A stretch of 64,000 bases of DNA from Eledone cirrhosa (taxonomy: Eukaryota). Below the pieces are notes generated by a model. The model did not search any database. It was given only the letters and a program-made list of their open reading frames with translations, and was not told the origin of the DNA. Where the stretch lies: the NCBI GenBank assembly GCA_964016885.1, contig OZ024740.1, forward strand, positions 13,144,001-13,208,000. The letters run 5' to 3'. Shown in pieces: positions 43,001 through 57,800 of the stretch. The translations under genes were made by a program, and so were the position numbers. The first letter of the stretch is position 1; the number at the start of each line of letters is the position of its first letter.

Positions 43001-46000
43001 GTGCTAGGTTAACACAGAGTTTTAACACATACAGGTAGGTATTTTAGTGTAGTGCTAGGTTAACACAGAGTTTTAACACATACAGTAGGTATTGTAGTGT
43101 AGTGCTAGGTTAACCCACAGTTTGACACATACAGGTAGGTGTTGTAGTGTAGTGTGGTGCTAGGTTAACCAAGAGTTTTAACACATAGAGGTAGGTGTTT
43201 TAGTGTAGTGCTAGGTTAACCCAGAGTTTTAACATATGCAGGTAGGTGTTGTATTGTAGTGCTAGGTTAACCCAGAATTTTAACAATATAAGTAGGTATT
43301 GTAGTGTAGTGCTAGGTTAACCCAGAGTTTAACACATACAGGTAGGTGTTGTAGTGTAGTGCTAGGTTACCCCAGAGATTTAACACATACAGGTAGGTAT
43401 TGTAGTGTAGTGCTAGGTTAATCCTGAGTTTTAACGCATACAGGTAGGTGTTGTAGTTTAGTGCTAGGTAAACCCTGAGTTTAACACATACAGGCAGGTG
43501 TTGTATTGTAGTGCTAGGTTACCCCTGAGTTTTAACACTTAGAGGTATGTGTTGTAGTGTAGTGCTAGGTTAACCCAGAGTTTTAACGCATACAGGTAGG
43601 TGTTGTAGTGTAGTGCTAGGTTAACCCAGAGTAATAACACATACAGGTAGGTGGTGTAGTGTAGTGCTAGGTTAACCCAGAGTTTTAACACATACAGGTA
43701 GGGATTGTAGTGTAGTGCTAGGTTAACCCAGAATTTTAACACATACAGGTAGGTATTGTAATGTAGTTCTAAGTTAACCCAGAGTTTTAACACATACAGG
43801 TAAGTGTTGTAGTCTAGTGCTAGGTTAACCCAGAGTTTTAACACATACAGGTAGTTGTCGTAGTGTAGTGTGGTGCTAGGTTAACCCGGAGTTTTAACAC
43901 TTACAGGTAGGTGTTGTAGTGTAGTGTGGTGCTAGGTTAACCCAGAGTTTAACACATACAGGCAGGTGTTTAGTGTAGTGTGGTCCTAGGTAAACCCTGA
44001 ATTTTAACTCATACAGCTAGGTATTGTAGTGTAGTGCTAGGTAAACCCAGTGTTTTAACACATACAGTTAGGTGTTGTAGTGTAGTGCTAGGTTAACCCA
44101 AAGTTTTAACACATACAGGTAGGTGTTATAGTGTAGTGTGGTGCTAGGTAAACCCTGAGTTTTAACATACACAAGTAAGTGTTGCAGTGTAGTGTCGTGC
44201 TAGGTAAATCCTTAGTTTTAACACATATAAGTAGGTGTTGTAGTATAGTTCTAGGTTAACCCATAGTTTTAGCAGATACAGTTAGGTGTTGTAGTGTAGT
44301 GTAGTTCTAGTTTAACACAGAGTTTTAACACATACAGGTAGGTGTTGTAGTGTAGTGTAGTGCTAGGTTAACCCAGAGTTTTAATACATACAGATAGGTG
44401 TTGTAGTGTATTGCTAGGTTAACCCAGACTTTTAACACATACAGGTAGGTATTGTAATGTAGTTCTAGGTTAACCCAGAGTTTTAACACATACAGGAAGG
44501 TGTTGTAGTGTAGTGCCAGGTTAACCCAGAGTTTTACCACATACAGGTAAGTGTTGTAGTGTAGTGCAAGCTTAATCCAGAGTTTTACCACATACAGGTA
44601 GGTGTTGTATTGTAGTGCTAGGTTAACCCAGAGTTTTAACACATACAGGTAGGTATTGTAATGTAGTGGTAGGTTAACCCAGAGGTTTAACACATACAGG
44701 TAGGTATTGTAGTGTAGTGGTAGGTTAACCCAGAGTTTTAACACATAAAGGTAGGTGTTGTAGTGTAGTGCTAGGTTAACCCAGATTTTTAACACATACA
44801 GGTAGTTGTCGTAGTGTAGTGTGGTGCTATGTTAACCCAGAGTTTTAACACTTACAGGTAGGTGTTGTAGTGTAGTGTGGTGCTAGGTTAACCCAGAGTT
44901 TAACACATACAGGCAGGTGTTTAGTGTAGTGTGGTGCTTGGTAAACCCTGAGTTTTAACTCATACAGGTAGGTATCGTAGTGTAGTGCTAGCTAAACCCA
45001 GGGTTTTAACACATACAGGTAGGTATTGTAGTGTAGTGCTATGTTAACCCTGAGTTTTAACACATAAATGTAGGTGTTGTAGTGTAGTGCTAGGTTAACC
45101 CAGCGTTTTAACACATACAGGTAGGTGTTGTAGTGTAGTGTGGTGCTAGATTAACCCAGAGATTTAACACATACAGGTAGGTGTTGTAGTGTGGTGCTAG
45201 GTTAACCCAGAGTATTAACACATACAGGTAGGTGTTGTAGTGTAGTGCTAGGTTAACTCTGCGTTTTAACACATACAGGTTGGTGTTGTAGTGTAGTGCT
45301 AGGTAAACCCTGAGTTTAACACATACAGGTAGGTGTTGTATTGTAGTGCTAGATTAATCCAGAGTTTTAACACATACAGGTAGGTATTGTAGTGTAGTGC
45401 TAGGTTAACCCAGAGTTTTAAAACATACAGGTAGGTATTGTAGTGTAGTGCTAGGTTAACGCAGAGTTTTAACACATAAAGGTAGGTGTTGTAGTGTAGT
45501 GCTAGGTTAACCCAGAGTTTTAACACATACAGGTAGGTGTTGTAGTGTAGTGTGGTGCTAGGTTAACCCAGAGTTTTAACACTTACAGGTAGGTGTTGTA
45601 GTGTAGTGTGGTGCTAGGTAAACCCTGAGTTTTAACTCATACAGGTAGGTATTGTAGTGTAGTGCTAGGTAAACCCAGTGTTTTAACACGTACAGGTAGG
45701 TATTGTAGTGTAGTGTGGTGCTAGGTAGACCCTGAATTTTAACACATACAGGTAGGTATTGTAGTGTAGTGCTAGGATAACCCAGAGTTTTAACAGATAA
45801 AGGTAGGTGTTGTAGTGTAGTGCTAGGTTAACCCAGAGTTTTAACACATACAGGTAGGTATTGTAATGTAGTGGTAGGTTAATCCAGAGGTTTAACACAT
45901 ACAGGTAGGTATTGTAGTGTAGTGCTAGGTTAACCCAGAGTTTTAACACATAAAGGTAGGTGTTGTAGCGTAGTGCTAGATTAACCCAGAGTTTTAACAC

Positions 46001-49000
46001 ATGCAGGTAGTTGTCGTAGTGTAGTGTGGTGCTAGGTTAACACAGAGTTTTAACACTTACAGGTAGGTGTTGTAGTGTAGTGTGGTGCTAGGTTAACCCA
46101 GATTTTAACACATACAGGCAGGTGTTTAGTGTAGTGTGGTGCTAGGTAAACATTGAGTTTTAACACATACAGGTAGGTATTGTAGTGTAGTACTAGGTTA
46201 ACCCAGAGTTTTAACACATACAGTTAGGTGTTGTAGTGTAGTGCTAGGTTAACCCAGAGTTTTAACACATACAGTAGGTATTGTAGTGTAGTGTGGTGCT
46301 AGGTAGACCCTGAGTTTTAACACATACAGGTAGGTATTGTAGTGTAGTACTAGGTTAACCCAGAGTTTTAACACATACAGTTATGTGTTGTAGTGTAGTG
46401 CTAGGTTAACCCAGAGTTTTAACACATACAGTAGGTATTGTAGTGTAGTACTAGGTTAACACAGAGTTTTAACACATACAGGTAGGTATTTTAGTGTAGT
46501 GCTAGGTTAACACAGAGTTTTAACACATACAGTAGTTATTGTAGTGTAGTGCTAGGTTAACTCAGAGTTTTGACACATACAGGTAGGTGTTGTAGTGTAG
46601 TGTGGTGCTAGGTTAACAAAGAGTTTTAACACATAGAGGTAGGTGTTTTAGTATAGTGCTAGGTTAACTCAGAGTTTTAACACATACAGGTAGGTGTTGT
46701 ATTGTAGTGCTAGGTTAACCCAGAATTTTAACAATATAAGTAGGTATTGTAGTGTAGTGCTAGGTTAACCCAGAGATTTAACACATACAGGTCGGTATTG
46801 TAGTGTAGTGCTAGGTTAATCTTGAGTTTTAACGCATACAGGTAGGTGTTGTAGTGTAGTGCTAGGTAAACCCTGAGTTTAACACATACAGATAGGTGTT
46901 GTAGTGTAGTGCTAGGTTACCCCTGAGTTCTAACACATAGAGGTATGTGTTGTAGTGTAGTGCTAGGTTAACCCAGAGTTTTAACACATACAGGTAGGTG
47001 TTGTAGTGTAGTGCTAGGTTAACCCAGAGTTTTAACACATACAGGTAGATGTTGTAGTGTAGTGTGGTGCTAGGTTAACCCAGAGTTTTAACACATACAG
47101 GTAGGTGTTGTAGTGTAGTGATAGGTTAACCCAGAGTTTTAACATATACAGGTAGGGATTGTAGTGTCGTGCTAGGTTAACCCAGAGTTTTAACACATAC
47201 AGGTAGGTATTGTAATGTAGTTCTAGGTTAACCCAGAGTTTTACCACATACAGGTAAGTGTTGTAGTGTAGTGCAAGCTTAATCCAGAGTTTTACCACAT
47301 ACAGGTAGGTGTTGTATTGTAGTGCTAGGTTAACCCAGAGTTTTAACACATACAGGTAGGTATTGTAATGTAGTGGTAGGTTAACCCAGAGGTTTAACAC
47401 ATACAGGTAGGTATTGTAGTGTAGTGCTAGGTTAACCCAGAGTTTTAACACATAAAGCTAGGTGTTGTAGCGTAGTGCTAGATTAACCCTGAGTTTTAAC
47501 ACATACAGGTAGTTGTCGTAGTGTAGTGTGGTGCTAGGTTAACACAGAGTTTTAACACTTACAGGTAGGTGTTGTAGTGTAGTGTGGTGCTAGGTTAACC
47601 CAGAGTTTAACACATACAGGCAGGTGTTTAGTGTAGTGTGGTGCTAGGTAAACCCTGAGTTTTAACTCATACAGGTAGGTATTGTAGTGTAGTGCTAGGT
47701 AAACCCAGGGTTTTAACACATACAGGTAGGTATTGTAGTGTAGTGCTATGTTAACCCAGAGTTTAAACACATACAGGTAGGTATTGTAGTGTAGTGCTAT
47801 GTTACCCCAGAGTTTTAACACATACAGGTAGGTATTGTAGTGTAGTGCTAGGTTAATCCTGAGTTTTAACGCATACAGATAGGTGTTGTAGTGTAGTGCT
47901 AGGTAAACCCTGAGTTTAACACATACAGGTAGGTGTTGTAGTGTAGTGCTAGGTTAACCCTGAGTTTTAACACATAGAGGTATGTCTTGTAGTGTAGTGC
48001 TAGGTTAACCCTGAGTTTTAACACATAAATGTAGGTGTTGTAGTGTAGTGCTAGGTTAACCCAGAGTTTTAACACATACAGGTAGGTGTTGTAGTGTAGT
48101 GTGGTGCTAGATTAACCCAGAGTTTTAACACATACAAGTAGGTGTTGTAGTGTGGTGCTAGGTTAACCCAGAGTTTTAACACATACAGGTAGGTGTTGTA
48201 GTGTAGTGCTAGGTTAACTCTGAGTTTTAACACATACAGGTAGGTGTTGTAGTGTAGTGCTATGTAAACCCTGAGTTTAACACATACAGGTAGGTGTTGT
48301 ATTGTAGGGCTAGGTTAACCCAGAGTTTTAACACATACAGGTAGGTATTGTAGTGTAGTGCTAGGTTAACCCAGAGTTTTAACACATACAGGTAGGTTTT
48401 GTAGTGTAGTGCTAGGTTAACCCAGAGTTTTAACACATAAAGGTAGGTGTTGTAGTGTAGTGCTATGTTAACCCAGAGTTTTAACACATACCGGTAGGTG
48501 TCGTAGTGTAGTGTGGTGCTAGGTTAACCCAGAGTTTTAACACTTACAGGTAGGTGTTTAGTGTAGTGTGGTGCTAGGTTAACCCGGAGTTTAACACATT
48601 ACGGCAGGTGTTTAGTGTAGTGTGGTGCTAGGTAAACCCTGAGTTTTAACTCATACAGGTAGGTATTGTAGTGTAGTGCTAGATAAACCCAGTGTTTTAA
48701 CACGTACAGGTAGGTATTGTAGTGTAGTGTGGTGCTAGGTAGACCCTGAATTTTAACACATAGAGGTAGGTATTGTAGTGTAGTACTAGGTTAACCCAGA
48801 GTTTTAACACATACAGTTAGGTGTTGTAGTGTAGTGCTAGGTTAACCCACATTTTTAACACATACAGTAGGTATTGTAGTGTAGGGCTAGGTTAACACAG
48901 AGTTTTAACACATACAGGTAGGTATTTTAGTGTAGTGCTAGGTTAACACAGAGTTTTAACACATACAGTAGGTATTGTAGTGTAGTGCTAGGTTAACCCA

Positions 49001-50000
49001 GAGTTTGACACATACAGGTAGGTGTTGTAGTGTAGTGTGGTGCTAGGTTAACCAAGAGTTTTAACACGTAGAGGTAGGTGTTTTAGTGTAGTGCTAGGTT
49101 AACCCAGAGTTTTAACTCATGCAGGTAGGTGTTGTATTGTAGTGATAGGTTAACCCAGAATTTTAACAATATAAGTAGGTATTGTAGTGTAGTGCTAGGT
49201 TAACCCAGAGTTTAACACATACAGGTAGGTGTTGTAGTGTAGTGCTAGGTTACCCCAGAGATTTAACACATACAGGTAGGTATTGTAGTGTAGTGCTAGG
49301 TTAATCCTGAGATTTAACGCATACAGGTAGGTGTTGTAGTTTAGTGCTAGGTAAACCCTGAGTTTAACACATACAGGCAGGTGTTGTAGTGTAGTGCTAG
49401 GTCACCCCTGAGTTTTAACACATAGAGGTATGTGTTGTAGTGTAGTGCTAGGTTAACCCAGAGTTTTAACACATACAGGTAGGTGTTGTAGTGTAGTGCT
49501 AGGTTAACCCAGAGTAATAACACATACAGGTAGGTGGTGTAGTGTAGTGCTAGGTTAACCCAGAGTTTTAACACATACAGGTAGGGATTGTAGTGTAGTG
49601 CTAGGTTAACCCAGATTTTTAACACATACAGGTAGTTGCCGTAGTGTAGTGTGGTGCTAGATTAACCCGGAGTTTTAACACTTACAGGTAGGTGTTGTAG
49701 TGTAGTGTGGTGCTAGGTTAACCCAGAGTTGAACACATACAGGCAGGTGTTTAGTGTAGTGTGGTGCTAGGTAAACCCTGAGTTTTAACTCATACAGGTA
49801 GGTATTGTAGTGTAGTGCTAGGTAAACCCAGTGTTTTAACACATACAGTTAGGTGTTGTAGTGTAGTGCTAGGTTAACCCAGAGTTTTAACACATACAGG
49901 TAGGTGTTATAGTGTAGTGTGGTGCTAGGTAAACCCTGAGTTTTAACATACACAAGTAGGTGTTGTAGTGTAGTTCTAGGTTAACCCAGAGTTTTAGCAG
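31000..50000. repeat. Sub-domain C: mosaic higher-order repeat with several offsets (2.6, 4.3, 5.8, 6.9, 12.5 kb); boundaries approximate
   Basis: The AAGCTT variant occurs at 34585, 38844, 41447, 44568 and 47275. CACATTACGGCAGG-type monomers occur at ~33101, 35850, 42712 and 48595. Pseudo-ORF pairs 41724/47552 and 42432/48260 share offset 5828, and 32765/45299 has offset 12534. Confidence 0.8.
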
Positions 50001-53000
50001 ATACAATTAGGTGTTGTAGTGTAGTGTAGTTCTAGTTTAACACAGAGTTTTAACACATACAGATAGGTGTTGTAGTGTATTGCTAGGTTAACCCAGAGTT
50101 TAAACACATACAGGAAGGTGTTGCAGTGTAGTGCTAGGTTATCACAGAGTTTTAATTCATGCAGGTAGGTGTTGTAGTGTAGTGCTATGTTAACCCAGAG
50201 TTTTAACACATAGAGGTAGGTGTTGTAGTTTAGTGCTAGTTTAACCCAGAGTTTTAACACATACAGGTAGGTATTGTAGTGTAGTACTAGGTTAAGCCAG
50301 AGTTTTAAAACATACACGTAGGTGTTGTAGTGTAGTGCTAGGTTAACCCAGAGTTTTAGCTCATACAGGTAGGTATTGTAGTGTAGTGCTAGGTTAAACC
50401 AGAGTTTTAACACATACAGGTAGGTATTGTAATGTAGTGCTAGGTTAGCCCAGAGTTTTAAGACATACAGTAGGTATTGTAGTGTAGTGCTAGGTTAACC
50501 CTGAGTTTGAACACATAGAGGTAGGTGTTGTAGTGTAGTGTGGTGCTAGTTTAACCCAGAGTTTTAACACATATAGGTCGGTTTTGTAGTGTGGTGCTAG
50601 TTTAACTCAGACTCTTAACACATACAGGCAGGTGTTGTAGTGTAGTGCTAGGGTAACCCTGAGTTTTGACATACAGATAGGTGTTGTAGTGTAGTACTAG
50701 GTAAACCCCGAGTTTAACACATACAGGTAGGTGTTGTAGAGTAGTGCTTAGTTAACCCTGAGTTTTAACACATAGAGGTAGGTGTTGTAGTGTAGTGCTA
50801 GGTTAACCCAGAGTTTTAACACCTACAGGTAGGTGTTGTAGTGTAGTGTGGTGCTAGGTAAACCCTGAGTTTTAACACATACAGGTAGGTGTTGTAGTGT
50901 AGTGTACTGCTAGGTTAACCCAGAGTTTTAACACATACAGGTAGGTGTTGTAGTGTAGTTCTAGGTTAACCCAGAGTTTTAACACATACAGGTAGGTGTT
51001 GTAGTGTGGAGCTAGGTTAACACAGAGTTTTAACACATACAGGTAGGTGTTGTAGTGTAGTGCTAGGTTAACACAGAGTTTTAACACATACAGTAGGTAT
51101 TGTAGTGTAGTGCTAGGTTAACCCAGAGATTTGACACATACAGGTATGTGTTGTAGTGTAGTGTGGTGCTAGGTTAACCCAGATTCTTAACACTTACAGG
51201 TAGGTGTTGTAGTGTAGTGTGGTGCTAGGTTAACCCAGAGTTTAACACATACAGGCAGGTGTTTAGTGTAGTGTGGTGCTAGGTAAACCCTGAGTTTTAA
51301 CTCATACAGGTAGGTATTGTAGTGTAGTGCTAGGTAAACCCAGTGTTTTAACACATACAGGTAGGTATTGTAGTGTAGTGTAGTGCTAGGTTAACACAGA
51401 GTTTTAACACATACAGATAGGTATTTTAGTGTAGGGCTAGGTTAACACAGAGTTATAACACATACAGGTAGGTATTGTAGTGTAGTGCTAGGTTAACCCA
51501 GAGTTTTAACACATAAAGGTAGGTGTTGTAGTGTAGTGCTAGGTTAACCCAGAGTTTTAACACATACAGGTAGTTGTCGTAGTGTAGTGTGGTGCTAGGT
51601 TAACCCGGAGTTTTAACACTTACAGGTAGGTGTTGTAGTGTAGTGTGGTGCTACGTTAACCAAGAGTTTAACACATACAGGCAGGTGTTTAGTGTAGTGT
51701 GGTGCTAGGTAAACCCTGAGTTTTAACTCATTCAGGTAGGTATTGTAGTGTAGTGCTAGGTAAACCCAGTGTTTTAACACATACAAGTAGGTATTGTAGT
51801 GTAGTACTAGGTTAACCCAGAGTTTTAACACATACAGTTAGGTGTTGTAGTGTAGTGCTAGGTAAACCCTGAGTTTTAACACACACAAGTAGGTGTTGCA
51901 GTGTTGTGTCGTGCTAGGTAAATCCTTAGTTTTAACACATATATAAGTAGGTGTTGTAGTGTAGTTCTAGGTTAACCCAGAGTTTTAGCAGATACAGTTA
52001 GGTGTTGTAGTGTAGTGTAGTTCTAGTTTAACACAGAGTTTTAACACATACAGGTAGGTGTTGTAGTGTAGTGTAGTGCTATGTTAACCCAGAGTTTTAA
52101 TACATACAGATAGGTGTTGTAGTGTATTGCTAGGTTAACCCAGAATTTAAACACATACAGGTAGGTGTTGTAGTGTAGTGCTAGGTTAACCCAGAGTTTT
52201 AACACATACAGGTAGGTGTTGTAGTGTGGAGCTAGGTTATCACAGAGTTTTAACTCATGCAGGTAGGTGTTGTAGTGTAGTGCTATGTTAACCCAGAGTT
52301 TTAACACATAGAGGTAGGTGTTGTAGTTTAGTGCTAGGTTAACCCAGAGTTTTAACACATACAGGTAGGTATTGTAGTGTAGTACTAGGTTAAGCCAGAG
52401 TTTTAAAACATAGAGGTAGGTGTTGTAGTATAGTGCTAGGTTAACCCAGAGTTTTAACTCATACAGGTAGGTATTGTAGTGTAGTGCTAGGTTAACCCAG
52501 AGTTTTAACACATACAGGTAGGTATTGTAATGTAGTGCTAGGTTAACCCAGAGTTCTAAGACATACAGTAGGTATTGTAGTGTAGTGCTAGGTTAACCCT
52601 GAGTTTGAACACATAGAGGTAGGTGTTGTAGTGTAGTGCTAGGTTAACCCAGAGTTTTAACAAATACAGGTAGGTGCTGTAGTGTAGTGTGGTGCTAGTT
52701 TAACCCAGAGTTTTAACACATATAGGTCGGTTTTGTAGTGTGGTGCTAGGTTAACTCAGAGTTTTAACACATACAGGCAGGTGTTGTAGTGTAGTGCTAG
52801 GGTAACCCTGAGTTTTGACATTTACAGATAGGTGTTGTAGTGTAGTACTAGGTAAACCCCGAGTTTAACACATACAGGTAGGTGTTCTAGAGTAGTGCTT
52901 GGTTAACCCTGAGTTTTAACACATAGAGGTAGGTGTGGTAGTGTAGTGCTAGGTTAACCCAGAGTTTTAACACCTACAGGTAGGTGTTGTAGTGTAGTGT

Positions 53001-54874
53001 GGTGCTAGGTAAACCCTGAGTTTTAACACATACAGGTAGGTGTTGTAGTGTAGTGTGGTGCTAGGTAAACCCTGAGTTTTAACAGATACAGGTAGGTGTT
53101 GTAGTGTAGTGTGGTGCTAGGTAAACCCTTTGTTTTAACACATAGAGGTAGGTGTTGTAGTGTAGTGTGGTGCTAGGTAAACCCTGAGTTTTAACACATA
53201 CAGGTAGGTGTTGTAGTGTAGTGCTAGGTAAACCCTGAGTTTAACACATACAGGTAGGTGTTGTAGTGTAGTGCTAGGTAAACCCTGAGTTTAACACATA
53301 CAGGTAGGTGTTGTAGTGTAGTGCTAGGTTAACCCTGAGTTTTAACACATAAAGGTAGGTGTTGTAGTGTACTGCTAGGTTAACCCAGAGTTTTAACACA
53401 TACAGGTAGGTGTTGTAGTGTACTTCTAGGTTAACCCAGAGTTTTAACACATACAGGTAGGTGTTGTAGTGTGGAGCTAGGTTAACACAGAGTTTTAACA
53501 CATACAGGTAGGTGTTGTAGTGTAGTGCTAGGTTAACACAGAGTTTTAACACATACAGTAGGTATTGTAGTGTAGTGCTAGGTTAACCCAGAGATTTGAC
53601 ACATACAGGTATGTGTTGTAGTGTAGTGTGGTGCTAGGTTAACCCAGATTCTTAACACTTACAGGTAGGTGTTGTAGTGTAGTGTGGTGCTAGGTTAACC
53701 CAGAGTTTAACACATACAGGCAGGTGTTTAGTGTAGTGTGGTGCTAGGTAAACCCTGAGTTTTAACTCATACAGGTAGGTATTGTAGTGTAGTGCTAGGT
53801 AAACCCAGTGTTTTAACACATACAGGTAGGTATTGTAGTGTAGTGTAGTGCTAGGTTAACACAGAGTTTTAACACATACAGATAGGTATTTTAGTGTAGG
53901 GCTAGGTTAACACAGAGTTATAACACATACAGTAGGTATTGTAGTGTAGTGTGGTGCTAGGTTAACCAAGAGTTTTAACACATAGAGGTAGGTGTTTTAG
54001 TGTAGTGCTAGTTTAACCCAGAGTTTTAAAACATACAGGTAGGTGTTGTATTTTAGTGCTAGGTTAACCCAGAGTTTTAACAATATAAGTAGGTATTGTA
54101 GTGTAGTGCTAGGTTAACCCAGAGTTTAACACATACAGGTAGGTGTTGTAGTGTAGTGCTAGGTTACCCCAGAGTTTTAACACATACAGGTAGGTATTGT
54201 AGTGTAGTGCTAGGTTAACCCAGAGTTTTAACACATACAGGTAGGTGTTGTCGTGTAGTGCGGTGCTAGGTTAACCCAGAGTTTTAACACATATAGGTCG
54301 GTTTTGTAGTGTGGTGCTAGGTTAACTCAGAGTTTTAACACATACAGGCAGGTGTTGTAGTGTAGTGCTAGGGTAACCCTGAGTCTTAACACATACAGAT
54401 AGGTGTTGTAGTGTAGTGCTAGGTAAACCCTGAGTTTAACACATACAGGTAGGTGTTGTAGAGTAGTGCTAGGTTAACCCTGAGTTTTAACACATAGAGG
54501 TAGGTGTTGTAGTGTAGTGCTAGGTTAACCCAGAGTTTAACACCTACAGGTAGGTGTTGTAGTGTAGTGTTGTGCTAGGTAAACCCTGAGTTTTAAAACA
54601 TACAGGTAGGTGTTGTAGTGTAGTGTGGTGCTAGGTAAACCCTCAGATTTAACACATACAGGTAGGTGTTGTAGTGTAGTGCTAGGTAAACCCTGAGTTT
54701 TAACACATACAGGTAGGTGTTGTAGTGTAGTGTGGTGCAAGGTAAACCCAGAGTTTTAACACATACAGGTAGGTGTTGTAGTGTAGTATGGTACTAGGTA
54801 AACCCTGAGTTTTAACACATACAGGTAGGTGTTGTAGTGTAGTGTGGTGCTAGGTAAACCCTGAGTTTTAACAG

Positions 54875-57800
54875 ATACAGGTAGGTGTTGTAGTGTAGTG
54901 CTAGGTAAACCCTGAGTTTAACACATACAGGTAGGTGTTGTAGTGTAGTGCTAGGTTAACCCTGAGTTTTAACACATACAGGTAGGTGTTGTAGTGTAGT
55001 GTGGTGCTAGATTAACCCAGAGTTTTAACACATACAGATAGGTGTTGTAGTGTAGTGCTAGGTTAATCCAGAGGTTTAACACATACAGTAGGTATTGTAG
55101 TGTAGTGCTAGGTTAACACAGAGTTTTAACACATACAGGTAGGTATTTTAGTGTAGTGCTAGGTTAACACAGAGTTTTAACACATACAGTAGGTAATGTA
55201 GTGTAGCGCTAGGCTAACCCAGAGTTTTGACACATACAGGTAGGTGTTGTATTGTAGTGCTAGGTTAACCCAGAGTTTTAACAATATAAGTAGGTATTGT
55301 AGTGTAGTGCTATGTTAACCCTGAGTTTAACACATACAGGTAGGTGCTGTAGTGTAGTGCTAGGTTACCCCAGAGTTTTAACACATACAGGTAGGTATTG
55401 TAGTGTAGTGTTAGGTTAATCCTGAGTTTTAACGTATACAGGTAGGTGTTGTAGTGTAGTTCTTGGTAAACCCTGAGTTTAACACATACAGGTAGGTGTT
55501 GTAGTGTAGTGCTAGGTTAACCCAGAGTTTTGAAACATACAGGTAGGGATTTTATTGTAGTGATAGGTTAACCCAGAGTTTTAAAACATACAGGTAGGTA
55601 TTGTAGTGTAGTTCAAGGTTAACACAGAGTTTTAACACATACAGGAAGGTGTTGTAGTGTAGTGCCAGGTTAACTCAGAGTTTTACCAAATACAGGTAAG
55701 TGTTGTAGTGTAGTGCAAGGTTAATCCAGAGTTTTACCACATACAGGTATGTGTTGTATTGTAGTGCTAGGTTAACCCAGAGTTTTAACACATACAGGTA
55801 GGTATTGTAGTGTAGTGCTAGGTTAACCCAGAGTTTTAACAGATACAGGTAGGAATTGTAGTTTAGTGCTAGGTTAACCCAGAGTTTTAACACTTACAGG
55901 TAGGTGTTGTACTGTAGTGTGGTGCTAGGTTAACCCAGAGTTTAACACATACAGGCAGGTGTTTTGTGTAGTGTGGTGCTAAGTAACTCCTGGGCTTTAA
56001 CTCATACAGGTAGGTATTGTTGTGTAGTGCTAGGTAAACCCAGTGTTTTAACACATACAAGTAGGTATTGTAGTGTAGTGTGGTGCTAGGTAGACCCTGA
56101 GTTTTAACACATACAGGTAGGTATTGTAGTGTAGTACTAGGTTAACACAGAGTTTTAACACATACAGTTAGGTGTTGTAGTGTAGTGCTAGGTTAACCCA
56201 GAGTTTTAACACATACAGGTAGGTGTTGTAGTGTAGTGTTGTGCTAGGTAAACCCTGAGTTTTAACACACAAAAGTTGGTGTTCTAGTGTAGTGTGGTGC
56301 TAGGTAAATCCTTAATTTTAACACATATAAGTAGGTGTTGTAGTGTAGTGCTAGGTTAATCCAGAGTTTAGCAGATACAGTTAGGTGTTGTAGTGTAGTG
56401 TAGTTCTAGGTTAACACAGAGTTTTAACACATACAGGTAGGTGTTGTATTGTAGTGTAGTGCTAGGTTAACCCAGAGTTTTAATACATACAGGTAGGTGT
56501 TGTAGTGTATTGCTAGTTTAACCCAGAGTTTAAACACATACAGGTAGGTGTTGTAGTGTAGTGCTAGTTTAACACAGAGTTTTAACACATACAGGTAGGT
56601 GTTGAAGTGTAGTGCTATGTTAACCCAGAGTTTTAACACATAGAGGTAGGTGTTGTAGTGTAGTGCCAGGTTAACCCTGAGTTTGAACACATAGAGGTAG
56701 GTGTTGTAGTGTAGTGCTAGGTTAACCCAGAGTTTTAACACATACAGGTAGGTGCTGTAGTGTAGTGTGGTGCTAGTTTAACCCAGAGTTTTAACACATA
56801 TAGGTCGGTTTTGTAGTGTGGTGCTAGGTTAACTCAGAGTTTTAACACATACAGGCAGGTGTTGTAGTGTAGTGCTAGGGTAACCCTGAGTTTTGACACA
56901 TACAGATAGGTGTTGTAGTGTAGTACTAGGTAAACCCCGAGTTTAACACATACAGGTAGGTGTTCTAGAGTAGTGCTTGGTTAACCCTGAGTTTTAACAC
57001 ATAGAGGTAGGTGTTGTAGTGTAGTGCTAGGTTAACCCAGAGTTTTAACACCTACAGGTAGGTGTTGTAGTGTAGTGTGGTGCTAGGTAAACCCTGAGTT
57101 TTAACACATACAGGTAGGTGTTGTAGTGTAGTATGGTGCTAGGTAAACCCTGAGATTTAACACATACAGGTAGGTGTTGTAGTGTAGTGTGGTGCTAGGT
57201 AAACCCTGAGTTTTAACAGATACAGGTAGGTGTTGTAGTGTAGTGTGGTGCTAGGTAAACCCTTTGTTTTAACACATAGAGGTAGGTGTTGTAGTGTAGT
57301 GTGGTGCTAGGTAAACCCTGAGTTTTAACACATACAGGTAGGTGTTGTAGTGTAGTGCTAGGTAAACCCTGAGTTTAACCAATACAGGTAGGTGTTGTAG
57401 TGTAGTGCTAGGTTAACCCTGAGTTTTAACACATAAAGGTAGGTGTTGTAGTGTAGTGCTAGGTTAACCCAGAGTTTTAACACATACAGGTAGGTGTTGT
57501 AGTGTTAACCCAGAGTTTTAACACCTACAGGTAGGTGTTGTAGTGTAGTGTGGTGCTAGGTAAACCCTGAGTTTTAACACATACAGGTAGGTGTTGTAGT
57601 GTAGTATGGTGCTAGGTAAACCCTGAGTTTTAACACATACAGGTAGGTGTTGTAGTGTAGTGTGGTGCTAGGTAAACCCTGAGTTTTAACAGATACAGGT
57701 AGGTGTTGTAGTGTAGTGTGGTGCTAGGTAAACCCTTTGTTTTAACACATAGAGGTAGGTGTTGTAGTGTAGTGTGGTGCTAGGTAAACCCTGAGTTTTA

